Part shown: positions 11,983 through 25,018 of the stretch, one piece after another
Layout of the letters: each line of letters begins with the position of its first letter
Numbering within the stretch: position 1 is the stretch's first letter
Assembly (NCBI RefSeq): GCF_006345805.1
Contig: NC_043022.1
Span: forward strand, 16,926,001-16,990,000
Direction of reading: 5' to 3'
Origin: Octopus sinensis
Taxonomy: Eukaryota
DNA length: 64,000 bases
Program-made: the position numbers and the translations under genes
Notes under the pieces: model-generated
What the model was told of the DNA's origin: nothing
The model's input: only the letters and a program-made list of their open reading frames with translations
Databases searched by the model: none

Positions 11983-12874
11983 TACAACAAATGAGTATTT
12001 TTCCCTTGTAGCTATTACTCTGAGTTTCACATTGCCTGGTGGGTTTCATTTAGCAGGCAAAATTCTTTTTTTTTTTTTTGAAATGGTAACAGATATTCTT
12101 GAAGATTAGTGCTGTGCTTCTTGGACTTCCGATCTGTGTAGAGAGAAGTTCCATGTTTGTTTATGTTCAGTAAATCAAGCTTCAATATGTTATTAGAGTC
12201 AACCAGGAAGAATTGTATTTGCATAAAAGCATTTGGATATTATTTCCATGTGTGTGTGTCCGTGTGTCCTCATCAGATTGCTGTATTTCTTTGCTTCATT
12301 TATATATACCATGGTATGTTCAACTGATAATTATTTGTTGTAAAAGTAATCCACACATAAGCTGTTTGCTTTTGATAAACCTGTAGCAATTTCTCCTCAT
12401 CTGTGATGGAAGACACCTGGTTGTGGAAGCAGTTCTTGAACCAGCCCTCACACATACCACTATATCATTTTTCAAATTTTTTTTTTTCCCCTTCAGATGT
12501 AGAAACAGAACAGAACTAACCCTAACTCCATTGTAAATCACACCAGACCGTTTCTAGAGAATTGGTAATGGTCTGAGATAACAAATTTGGGTCCTGAAAA
12601 AGGAAGGTCATTTCTCTTTTCCATTGTTGCTAAGTACATAAAGTGTTTCTCCACCTTGTTTTGCCTCTGTGTGTGCGTGGGTGGGGGGATGTATGTGCAT
12701 AAAGTTCAGTGAAGGGGAGACTCAGTAACTGAAGGGATATCAAACCTTACGATTGTGTGTTTTTAGGGGTTTATGATAATGTTTGTTTGGTATGTGAAGT
12801 GAGAATGTATTTGTGCTGTTGGAGGAGTTAGCATTGGCCTCACAGGAGAACGTTTTTGAGGTCTTTGTTTAGAG

Positions 12875-13158
12875 CAGTGTTTCTCAGCTAGGGTCCATAT
12901 AAGACTTTTGGGTTCCATGCAACAAAATAGTAAATATTTTTAAGGGCCCCTGAATACATTTTGCTTTAGATGTATGTATTGGTCTGTAGTGCAAGGAACA
13001 GCTGGGTTTCTTTCTCTAACGTTTTACATAATTCAACCAACACAAGCGAATGGGTGGAAAAGCAAGATAGGAATTTTGAAGGAAGTTTCTACGGGATTTC
13101 ACCAGAATAAGATAGAAATCAAAGGGGTCCGTAGATAAAAAATGATTGGGAAACCCTG
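12875..13158. mobile_element. hAT-type MITE with perfect 8-bp TSD GTTTAGAG
   Basis: Termini CAGTGTTTCTCA / TGGGAAACCCTG. GTTTAGAG at 12867-12874 and 13159-13166. Confidence 0.9.
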
Positions 13159-13819
13159 GTTTAGAGAGTCAGAACAGGTTTAGCCAAAGTTGTACGTAGA
13201 TGACAACAGGTGAAGGAAAATTAGGTAAGAATGAAGGATTGTCCATGCTGGTATGGTTTGGACAGTTTGACCAAGGCTGGTGAGCTGGAAGCCTGCACCA
13301 GACGCTAGTCTGATTTGGCATGGTTTTCTATGGTTAGATGCCCCTCCTAATGCCAACCACTCCTCAGAGTGTAATGGGTGCTTTTACATGCCACTGGCAC
13401 AGGTGCCATTTGCATGACACCAGTTTCTACCATGATTGCGATTTTGCTAGGCTCGATGGGTCTTCTTCTCAGGCATGACATAATGCCAAAGGTCTCGGTC
13501 ATTGCTTCCGTGAGGCCCAGCACTCGAAAGGAACTCAGTCACATTGCCTCAATTGCTTATATAAACAATGGGCTTCTTTCAGTTTCCATCTACTAAATCT
13601 ATGCAGAAGGCTTTGGTCAGCCTGAGGCTTTAACAGAAGACACTTGTCCCGAGGTGCCACTGAACCTGGAACTATGTGCTTGGGAAGCAAGCTTCTTCCC
13701 ACACAGCCACACCTGCACCTATACAGCAATTAACAAAACCAAAACCCCCACCCACTCCATCTACTCCACCACCCGACAACAGCTCAAAGTATTTCTCCCC
13801 TAAAACAGCTGTTGTTCTG

Positions 13820-14237
13820 TGACGTCATTCACTTCATCAGAAGAAAAAAAAAATATGGCTTTTCATTTCAGCCAAATTTTCCCTCCAAAAACATTATTTC
13901 TTCTTCTTCCATTTCTTCCTCATCACCACCACCATCATCATCGTCGCCATCATCATCATCATCATCACCATCATTATCATCATCACCATCATCAACACCA
14001 TCATTATCAGCATCATCATCTCTTCCTCCACCATCACCATGGCAGTCAGAGTCCTTGGTGAAAAAGTTTTGTCATTCTACAAAACAATCTTTCTTTTCAG
14101 CAGGAAAAAAAAAAAAAATTTCCTCCTTGAGACGAGTGGGTGGGGGTCGGGTGGGGACTGGGGGTGGGAGAGGGTTAACAAATTTGTGGTTGTTTGTTGG
14201 GAGAGCATAAACATACTTTTAGGAGAAGGTGACGTCA
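13820..14237. promoter_or_regulatory. Candidate regulatory region with two full CRE palindromes
   Basis: TGACGTCA at 13820-13827 and 14230-14237, with a G-rich tract at 14138-14174 between them. Confidence 0.35.
13920..14040. repeat. Degenerate (CAT/CAC)n trinucleotide tract
   Basis: Direct reading. It produces the spurious poly-His and poly-Ser ORFs. Confidence 0.9.
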
Positions 14238-14674
14238 CCAACGCCGACGCCAACAGAAAGGGTAGGAAGAGGAGGGGGAGAAGAGAAGGGGGAAAAATCT
14301 GTGGCTTTTGGGAAGTGAATGGGTGGGTATGGGGTGTTTGTTCTGACTCCTTGGTGGTGGTGGTGATGGTGGTCATGGTAGGAGTGTTTTTGATGATGAT
14401 GATTAAAATGTTTGTGATACTGTGTGTGTGTGTGTGTGTGTGTGGTATTGAGGAGTGGGTGGGGTAGGGAAGGCAGTGATAATTACACACACGCACACAC
14501 ACACACGTGTGCACACATACATGTGCATATATTTATGTGTACCATATATGTGAGTGTGCATGTCTTAATATATGTATTGTGTATGTATATGTGGATATAA
14601 ATATATATTCATATATACATACACAATGCATATATTTGTGTATATATGTATAAATACATATAAACATATTCACA

Positions 14675-14715
<41 letters not shown>

Positions 14716-14761
14716 CACACACACACACATGCACGCGCACATATATATGTTTATGTACATG

Positions 14762-14804
<43 letters not shown>

Positions 14805-16530
14805 GAAACTGTGTATCAGCAATTGGTAGCTAACTGATGAAGAATTAGGGACCTTCTGTGTTTGTCCCCCATCCGGTTTTACACTCGGTATATGTCATGT
14901 CGTATGTTTCTTTACCTTACCATTTTTTTCATTTCCGAATGTGATCAATGCCAAGGCCGCCTGACTGGTTCCCGTGCTGGTGGCATGTGAAAACCACCAT
15001 CCAAACGTAGCTGATATTCCAGTACCCCCTGACTGGCTCCTGTATTGGTGGAACATAAAAAGCACTGTGCAAACATGATCAATGCCAGGCCCACCTAACT
15101 GGCTCCTGTGCTGGTGGCATGTAAAAAGAGCACCCACTACACTCTCAGAGTGGTTAGCGTTAAGAAGGGCATCCATCCGTAGAAATACAGCCAGATCAGA
15201 TTGGAACCTCAGTCAGATTTGACCTCAGTCAAACCATCCAACCCCTGATGATATATATATATAAATTAAAATATTATTATTATTATATATATGTATATAC
15301 ACACACACATACATATATACATGTACATATATGTGTTTGTATATATCTATATATGTATGATGTATGAATATGTGTGTGTGTGTGTATATATATATAATGA
15401 GCAAAATAGCTGGCTGTAAAATCTCTAAACAAGAAATAAGTAGTAACAATACTAGACAGTAATGGTTTTGGAGCCACTATAACATGACTGTTCTATAAAA
15501 AATAGGGTTACTAGATTTTAACCCCAGGAAAGCGTCTTTTTCCAGCATGTTAATGATACACAACCCGTGTCCAGTATATTGTAAGGGAGCGAATCACTCC
15601 CCTCGGGTTTCTGTTTACTTACTGTAATTAAGCACGATTAGCTGCCATCTCTAGCAGATAGGTGTCCAGTACCAATGAAGGGCAAAGACCCAGAAACCAT
15701 GGTCTACTGGTCTTGCCAAGCTGGAAGGGAGTGATTTGCTCTTACTCACAATATGTCAGACACAGGCTGTGTATGTTGTTAACCAGTTGGAAAAGATGTT
15801 CTCCTGAGATTGAAATGTAGTTTTTTTATAGAACAACCATGTTATAGTGGCAAAAAAACGTTACCGTATGTATATATGTGTGTGTGTGTGTTTTTATATA
15901 TATATATATATATATAATCAATTTTGAGTGTTGTAATGAAATTAGTTTGTCTGTCAGGTTCCACCAAGACAAACCATTTAACAAAATGATTGCCACAAAC
16001 AGCTGGAAGTTGTGTTTCTGTGAAGGTTCCTCAAGTTGCTCCTCTCAGACTTGTTAAAACAGCAGCAGAAAAAACGGTGAACTTTAGAGTTAGATGCAGG
16101 AATGTTAAAACTACAAGAGCTAACAACTTGAAATCTTGCCAGATCAGACTGGAGCCTGGTGCAGCCCCCTGGCTTGCCAGCCCTCAGGCAAACTGTCCAA
16201 CACATGCCAGCATGGAAAATGGACATTAAACAATCATGATGATGATGATGATGCTGATATATATGAGGCACATTCCAGAAGTTTTAAGACTTTTTTAGGA
16301 GAGGCAGCAATTCTAACTGTCCGAGATTATTGAGATTTTAGCCTCTCATTACTTTATATCATATCCAATAAGCTGACACACAGACAGACTGAATAGTTTG
16401 GGAAGGACAGGGGTGGGGCGGGAGTGCTCTTGTATAATTAGTATTTTATTTCATTGACTTCACAAAGATAAAAGGAAAGGTCTACCTCGGCTGGATTTTG
16501 ACTGAGAACATACAGAAATATACATGCACA

Positions 16531-16909
16531 GATATGGCTGTGTGGTAAGAAGCTTGATTCCCAACTACCAGGGATTTCAGGTTCAGTCCCACTGTGTGGC
16601 ACCTTGGGAAAGTCTCTTCTACTTTGGCCTCAGGCCAACCAAAACCTTGTGAGTGGATTTGGTTGATGGAAACTGGAAGCTTGTCATGTGTGTGTGTGTG
16701 TGTGTGCTTGTCCCCCATCACTGCTTGACAACCAGTGTTAGCATGTTTACATCCCTGTAACTTAGTGGTTCGGTAAAAGAGACTTATAGAATAAGTACCA
16801 GACTTTAAAAAAAAAAGGTGCTGGGGTCGATTCATTCGACTAAAAATTATTCAAGCCAGTGCTCCAGTATGGTCACAGTCTGATGATTGAAACAAGTAAA
16901 AGAATAAAA
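16531..16909 (+). mobile_element. SINE family A, near full length
   Basis: tRNA-like head TGGCTGTGTGGTAAG..GGTTCAGTCCC, internal (TG)n, 3' GACTGAAACAAGTAAAAGA-type end. Confidence 0.85.
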
Positions 16910-17645
16910 CCCATCTGAATTTTATAAGAAATTGTGGCAGACATTCCAGCATCTCCTGTCGACCGGAATGGAGTCTGTAAGAAATTATTATCCCAAAAAG
17001 TGATAACAATCTTTAGATCGAGATCAACATCTTAGAACAAAAGAAACGAATTTTCAGATGATTAGAATCGACTGGAATTGGTCTGGGAAGAATTGGAGAG
17101 GAAACAGGTTTGGTTGATGGTTTACGGAGGCAAATCAGATGGTTACAACAAACAACCAGAATTTCTGGGGAATTCAAAAGAGACACGGCTTTCTTGTTAA
17201 ATAGTTTGTGAGTTATTACTAGACTGGTGTGAATTACACTTGAGGCAGCTTTCTCTCTAAACTGTTTTTTTAAAGAAATAGTGATACGGTATTTATTCAA
17301 GATAGGTTTACTGCCGGCAGGAATGGAAAAAACCTCCCCCGTACCAGCTAGCTAAAAAAAAAAAAAAACAAACGCAAGAAAGAAAGAAAGAAAGGTATAG
17401 AGAAATACAGTAAAAAAGGCAGACACAAAAGAACTGGAATTTTCTTCAAATTAGATTAGAAGGAGGTGGAAAAAACCCAGAAAAAAATGTTAATGTTCTT
17501 ATCTCAATCTCACTTGGAGGTGTCAGAATAAACCAAAGCTAGGTTGGAACTAAGAAGAAACGTTCAGTGGATGAAAAGAGTCGGAACAGTTTATTCTTGT
17601 TCAGTAAATTCAATAATGTGGACTCAGGAATTTTTATGTGCAAAT

Positions 17646-18115
17646 CTCGCACATAAATTTCATAGTTGAGTCTCACTCACAAATTTCCTAGTTGAGTCTC
17701 ACTCACAAATTTCCTAGTTGGGTCTCACTCACAAATTTCCTAGTTGAGTCTCACTCACAAATTTCCTAGTTGAGTCTCACTCACAAATTTCCTAGTTGGG
17801 TTCTCACTCACAAATTTCCTAGTTGGGTCTCACTCACAAATTTCCTAGTTGGGTCTCACTCACAAATTTCCTAGTTGGGTCTCACTCACAAATTTCCTAG
17901 TTGAGTCTCACTCACAAATTTCCTAGTTGGGTCTCACTCACAAATTTCCTAGTTGAGTCTCACTCACAAATTTCCTAGTTGGGTCTCACTTACAAATTTC
18001 CAAGTTGAGTGATATTCATACAAATCCCTATTGAGTTGCATTTACAAATTTCCTTATTGAATTGGGCTCAAACTTTTCCTTGTCAAGTCTCACTCACAAA
18101 TTTCTCAGTTGAGTC
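17646..18115 (+). repeat. 26-bp minisatellite CTCACTCACAAATTTCCTAGTTG(A/G)GT
   Basis: 13 near-perfect units at 17672-18010 plus about five degenerate flanking units. No spacers. Confidence 0.95.
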
Positions 18116-21100
18116 TGCATTACTCAACACCAGAGTGTGCTAGTGTAAACATAATGTTGGGAATATCACAAATACAACTGATGGCATTAAATTGCGTAGA
18201 AAACGTGAACGAAACGTTTTATTAGACTTGCAATGTGTTTTGTTTTGGTCTTTGGATGAAAAAAAACGTTGATTTAAAATAAATCAACAGGAAATAGAAT
18301 CATATCCGTTTGTTTAAAGTAGTGGAAAATTATCACTGATCAATTTGTTAATCTTTAAGGAATATTTGGTCAATCTACAATTTCCTTCATTCCATATCTA
18401 CAAATTGGGTTTATTGCAGGGATAACCTGACTTCTCCATCATGCTAGGATTAAAGTATAATATTTATTGTTTTGCTGAACAAAAGGGACAAGTCCTGCGT
18501 TATTCTGACCTCATCAGCAAAACAGCTTTCCCCAAACTCAGCAAAGTAATGGTGGAAGAATCCCTGAGTACAAGATGGTAGAATGGTTGGAATAAAAGAA
18601 TGGGACTGTTTAGAGAATAAATAAGTCACCGTTGAGAATTTCCAGCAAGAATCCAGCAGCTTGAACTTCAGCCATTTTCGATTTCAACTTACTCTCTTCC
18701 AAATTCCTGTTTCATACTTAAGTACACACACACACAAATACATACATACATTGTGATAGAATAGATACACACACACACACACATATATTCTTTTACTTGT
18801 TTCAGTCATTTGACTGTGGCCATGCTGGAGTACTGCCTTTCTACATGTAGACAAACTCACATATACACATGCACCACATACAAAGTTAAAGGGACACACA
18901 GACAGACAGAAGTAAAGACAGATGTCAAACCAAAAGAATTAACAATTTTCGGGGGGGGGGGTTTTACATTTTTCTGAAAAATTTCATTTTGTTTGTTTAA
19001 TTTTATATTTTTAATTTATTACATCTCCCAAAGTATGTTATTAATTAAAAAGTCGTTATTTCATTAATGCTAATTTTAATTAAAATGTGTGAGGAAGTGA
19101 TGAATACTGTATAACATCAGAGCATCTGATTTAGATAGTCTGATATTTAGTTATGACAGTTTATGTTGTGAGTTCAAACCCTGCCAAGGGCAGTGAATGA
19201 ATTATTGGTCAATACCAGGGAGTATTATTCTATTGAACACATGTATTGGCTAAGGAAGGACAAAAATACAAAACATACAGAAAGGAAAACAGACAGACAG
19301 ACACTACAACACACAATCATCATCATGTTTTCCATACTGGTATGGTTTGGGTGGCCTGGTTCAGGTGGCATGCCATTTCCTGTCAAACCAGAAGCAGGAT
19401 CTTACTCCAGTATCTGCTTTGGCACAGTTTCTAGGGCCAGAGACCCTTTCTTAACACCCAACCCCTTTACAGAGTATACTGGGTGGGTTTTTTTTTACGT
19501 GGCACCAGCACCAGTGAGGTTACCAGGTGACTTGCAAGGCAAAGACCCCTTAAGTAAGGTGTGATGTAGTATCAAGAGGAGGTGGCTCAGTAGCAGGTGA
19601 TGAGTAGAGGAGGTAGTATGAGTAGAGGGGCAGGAACAGGTGTCTTGCAGTAGAGGAGATAAATGGCTACCACAGAGATAGGGAGAGAGAGAGAGAAAAG
19701 ATGGTAAAGATGTCCACGTGTCTTGCAAATACGTACAGAACTAAGGTGACACATGCATATATACAGAAAAAGACAAAAAAAGACGTTGATACACACACAC
19801 AACTAATAAAGACTAGAGTCAGAGAAATTCAAACAACAAAAGTTATTTGGTAAATTTTTAAATTGAGACTAATTTCAAACTGACATAGGAGGAATATGGG
19901 ATTTGTCAATTCCATAACATTTTCTTAAGTATCTGGTATTATATCATTCACTGTACTCTTCATTTTTGTTAAGACAGTAAAGAGTGAGTTGAGGGATATT
20001 TGACTACTATTTCTTGCAAACTGAACAACCACTTTGGGTCTCAGTTCCTCTCATTTGTTCATTGGACACAGAGAGGTATTAAATACATTTCGAAACTATT
20101 GTTGAATTACAAATTAACAAAAACAAAAGACACCGTTCTTGTTTTTGTTGTTTTATACAACCATGTTTTTTTGTTTTTGTTTTTGTATTGACTGACTTTT
20201 AGCCGGATGTTTAAATCTCCAACATGTTTATAATAAACAATCCGAATAACATTCATGGCATTTGATATTCTATCTGCTGTAACAATGTCCAGGTATGTGT
20301 GTTTATATATAAATACCTGTTTTTAGCTAATGTTTCAAAAACAATAAAAAATACACAGGAAAATTTTTAAAAAAGAAGAAAATTTCAAACAAACAACAAT
20401 AAACAACAAACCATCAAAGAAAAGTTTTCAAAAGAATCACAAAACAAAAATCTTACAAAAAACAAAAAAAAAAGTTTCTTTGTTTTGTTAAACTTCCCAT
20501 CAAACTTTGTGTTTTTATCTGTTTTCACTTTGATCAAATGAGAAGCAACATATTTAATTGTGTTGAAGAAACTCTGGTTAATATAACGAAGACTAACTGA
20601 CAGGTGATATACCTAGACGTGCCTGCTGCAGGAAAGCTGAACAGTGAAGTGCACACTAGGGTATATGACAAAGTAAGCCTCTACCATTGAAACTGGCCAT
20701 TTCCTGCCAAAATATTGTTTTATGTTCAAACTGGCTGGATCAGGCCTCTCACACCTGCCTAATAATGTCTTGAAATAAACTGAATAATGACTCACACACA
20801 CACATACACAAATATATATATACATATATATAAGAGAGTTATATTTATGTATATTTGTATTGTCTCCCTGGTTTTTTATGTGCTAAGCCACTTGGTGTTA
20901 AACTGATGGTATTATTAAATTAATATCTAATTTTTCACCCTCATTTATGAATTTATATATATATATATATATATATAAATAATATCACAACAGGGCTCCT
21001 TTTAATTTCCATCTACCAAATCCACTCACAAGGCTTTGGTCAGTCCAAGCCTATAAACAGAAGACACTTAGGCCACACAGTGGGACTGAACCCAGAACCA

Positions 21101-21620
21101 TGTAGTTGGAAAGCAAACTTCTTGCCATGCAGCCATTCCTACAGGATTAATTCAAAACAATGTAATTAAATAATCTGAAGATTTGACAGAGTAATCTGAA
21201 TGCTAAACAGTTTAATCTTACAGTTATGGTTTCTCCTTGTTTAAGTGATGAGGTTTAAGGTCTCTTTTATTCTAGAAATACCCTCTGGTTGTTGTTGTTG
21301 TTCTCTCCTGTTCCTCTTAATTAACCATGTAACCCCGTTTTCTGCTAATTCTCATCCATTTACTACTGATGTCCCCTCCCACCCCACTTAAAAGAAATGG
21401 TTTCTGCTCTCAAAAATCCTCTCCTCAAAGACATATATTTACGCTCCTTCATCCTGTTCCTCTGTGAGATTATCTTAATACTTTTACATTTCGATAGCAG
21501 AGTTAATCCTCAGAGACAGACTTAATCTTGGATGGCAGACTTAAACCTTTACTCTGGCTGTTTGCCTGTCCAAACCATTTCCATAAGTTTATCCTTTAAC
21601 ATCAATGCTTGTCTTCAGAC

Positions 21621-21979
21621 CGTGGAGGCACAATGGCCCAGTGGTTAGGGCAGCGGACTCGCGGTCGTAGGATCGCGGTCTCGATCCCCAGACCGGGCGT
21701 TGTGAGTGTTTATTGAGCGAAAACACCTAAAGCTCCACGAGGCTCCGGCAGGGGATGGTGGTGATCCCTGCTGTACTCTTTCACCACAACTTTCTCTCAC
21801 TCTTACTTCCTGTTTCTGTTGTACCTCTGTGTCACGCTGAATATCCCCGAGAACTACGTTAAGGGTACACGTGTCTGTGGAGTGCTCAGCCACTTACACG
21901 TTAATTTCACGAGCAGGCTGTTCCGTTGATTCGGATCAACCGGAATCCTCATCGTAACCGACGGAATGCTTCTTCCTCC
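21621..21979 (+). mobile_element. Full-length tRNA-derived SINE family B with 11-bp TSD
   Basis: Head GGAGGCACAATGGCCCAGTGGTTAGGGC..CTCGATCCCC. TGTCTTCAGAC at 21610-21620 and 21980-21990. Confidence 0.9.
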
Positions 21980-22274
21980 TGTCTTCAGACTCTCAGTGTT
22001 TCTCCATTTCATACGGTCGAACTAATACAAAGCTTCTTTTCCTTTCGTAAGTTCCAAGTTACTCTGGGGTTTCAAAAAGAAAAGAAAAACTGGGAACGTG
22101 TATCATATGCAATGCATGAACACCAACTAAATAAAACCTGTGTGTTTCATCACATCCGTTGAAACACAGGACAGAAAGGCTTAAGAAGCCCGTCTCAATG
22201 TATGAGCCAACGGGGAGCCTTTGCATGCTAGAAATAGCAACTAAATCTCTCTCCCCCATCATAACCTTTTGCCT

Positions 22275-22672
22275 CTTACTCTTTACTTTTTTACTTGTTT
22301 CAGTCATCTGACTGCGGCCATGCTGGAGCACCGCATTTAGTCGAGCAAATCGACCCCGGGACTTATTCTTTGTAAGCCCAGTACTTATTCTATCGGTCTC
22401 TTTTGCCGAACTGCTAAGTGACAGGGACCTAAACACACCAGCATCGGTTGTCAAGCAATGCTAGGGGGTCAAAGACAGACACACAAACACATATATATAT
22501 ACATATATACGACAGGCTTCTTTCAGTTTCCGTCTACCAAATCCACTCACAAGGCATTAGTCGGCCCGGGGCTATAGCAGAAGACACTTGCCCAAGGTGC
22601 CACGCAGTGGGACTGAACCCGGAACCATGTGGTTGGTTAGCAAGCTACTTACCACACAGCCACTCCTGCGCC
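22275..22672 (-). mobile_element. SINE family A, full length, young
   Basis: Close match by eye to 31197-31647 and 46990-47395. Confidence 0.9.
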
Positions 22673-24114
22673 TGTCCAAAGTATTTTCAAAAGATTGTCC
22701 TAAACATCTAATCTTGTCTTCAGACTTTTAGTTAATCCTCGTTTCATATATTCTGAGTAATATAAAGCTTTCATAAGTTCCAAGTTAATCTGGAGGATGG
22801 AAAAAAAAAAGGGGGGTATGCATGATATATGGTGCATGGATGCTAAGGAAATATTCTTTCCCTGTGTATCACATGTGATAATAGAGAGGACACCACCACC
22901 CCCACATATTTGGGTGCCTTTAGCAGAGTGCACCCTGCTATAAGCATCCAGGTAATGTCTCTATATCTCTCCCCACAAGTCTTGGAGACCCCGGTAAAGA
23001 TCAAGAACACTACTCTCCCTTCCTCATTAAGAAATAAAATAATTTTCTGGGATTCATTTTATGATTTTTAGGTCAGCTTTTCCTTAAATTTTTACACTTT
23101 TCTTTAGAAACCCCACAAGAAATTAAAAGAGTTTCTTGGGGCCTGTTTTGTGACTGTTTACAAGTTGTTGAGTTGTAAGTGATCTACACACACACAACAG
23201 CATGAATACACACACACTCTACATATATACACAACACCCCATTCACCACACAAAAATCTGGCTGAGATCACCTTTGATGTTCACCTTTGGCAATCAACAA
23301 ACTAAAAAATGGAATCACTCAAGGGCCAGGGTAGATTTAATTGATTGCACCCACCCTCTTCTTTTCTCCCCTAAAATCTGCTGCCCTTCACCAACATTAA
23401 TTTATTCAGTTATTACATTGATATATTTATGTCTATAATTCTGAACAACATGGCTGTTCAGACTTTAAACTCTAAGATTAAGATTTATCAACCAACAAGC
23501 AGAAAAAACACAAAAAAAGAACCCCATAAGATAACGGTATTTCCTCTTTAGAACCATATTGAAAGACGGATGGGAAATGTCTAACGTCTGGATTCTCTTC
23601 TCCAAACTGACAGAGTGTTTAATAGAAAGATATGGAGTTTAGAAAGTAAGATAACCAAATGTAAATGAAAGGAATGATGTTAATTTAAAGTGCAGCCGAC
23701 TGGCAGATGATCGCAGCCTTCCAGTACGTTCTCTTGCTTCTTTGTAGGGGGGAAAGAAGAGAATTGGGGGGGGAGCAAACGAACAAATGTCAAAATGCAT
23801 TGCTTTTCACAAAACCATGCAAAAGGAATCGTGTTTTATTAATGTTGTTAAAAGAGTTTGTTGAGAGTGAATATGGCAAATTGTGCTGGTAATTCTAGAA
23901 GCAGATTGAATTCTTTCCAATTTAGACAAGGCTAACAATTTTGAAAAGAAGGAGGTTTACCAGTTCCATTGACTCCAGTCCTCAGCTGGTAATAGATATT
24001 TTATCAGCCCCACAAGGATAAAAAAAAATGAGGCTGGGGTTAGTGGTGTTTGAACTCAGTGTTTAAGAAAAAAATGCTACAAAGCAGTTTTGCAAACAAT
24101 TTGCAGATAGGTGA

Positions 24115-24490
24115 AGGTGAGGCTGTGTGGTTGGGAAGTCTGCTTCCCAACCACATGGTTCTGGGTTCAGTCCCACTGCATGGCACCTTGGCCAAGTGTC
24201 TTCTACTACAGCCTCAAGCCAAGGAAAGTCTTATGAGTGGATTTGGTAAGTGGAAACTGAAAGAAGCCTATCATAAGTGTGTGTGTGTGTGGTGTGTGTG
24301 TCCCACCACTGTTTCACAACCAGTGTTGGTGTGTTTACATCCCTTCAACTTAGTAGTTCGGCAAAAGAGACTGTTAGAATGAGTACCAGGCTTAAAAGAA
24401 AACCTACTGGAGTCCATTCATCCAAAATTCTTCAAGGCCGTGCCCCAGCATGGCCACAGTCTGATGGTAAAACAAATAAAAGATGAAAGA
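24115..24490 (+). mobile_element. SINE family A, full length, diverged
   Basis: Head, core, (TG)n slot and 3' module are all present. Confidence 0.85.
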
Positions 24491-24968
24491 TACAAGTTGA
24501 AAGGTCCACATACCAGACCCTAGCAGACTTATGGGGTCATTAGGTGAGAATGTGTGCCATTTCAGGGCCTTCCTCTCGGTGACATTATCCCACACTGCCC
24601 CCACTTTTTAGATCAATAAAGCATTTTTGGAACAATCTTATGATTCTGTAAGTTGACTGTTTTTTGTTAATTTGTTTCTAATTGAGGCATAAAAACCATC
24701 AATTTTGAGGGGAGGGGTGGGATTTAGTCAGTATGACTGACCACAGTACTAGACTGGTAAATTTAGTTCATTGACCCTGAAGGAATAAAAGGCAGTTGAC
24801 CATGGTGGGATTTGAACTCAGAATGTAAAGAACCAGAACATGTACTGCAAAGTATTTTATTTGAAATTCTACTGATTCTGGCAGAAAAAATAAGAACAGA
24901 AGCCAAAGACTGAAGCAGCAGAGATGAAGAAGGAAATGAGAAGGAAGAGCAGAGGGAAGGAGATGAGA

Positions 24969-25018
<50 letters not shown>

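Noticed and set aside
12040-12500. Protein-like frames near 12.1-12.5 kb
   Set aside because: Several frames on both strands look equally plausible, with no recognisable motif.
13812-14514. Poly-His/poly-Ser ORFs of 80-145 aa
   Set aside because: These are translations of (CAT/CAC)n and (TG)n tracts, with no domain.
17646-18115. 26-bp repeats as a CRISPR array
   Set aside because: Units are contiguous with no unique spacers, there are no cas genes, and the context is eukaryotic.
20197-20316. Minus-strand 120-nt open segment resembling a reprolysin/ADAMTS strand (MNVIRIVYYKHVGDLNIRL)
   Set aside because: Weak acceptor, motif spacing too short, no HEXXH exon found, and the plus strand has better splice signals.
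21624-21697. tRNA gene (also similar heads at 31197, 34410-34475, 36590-36647)
   Set aside because: A/B-box-like heads continue into SINE bodies and lack a complete acceptor stem.
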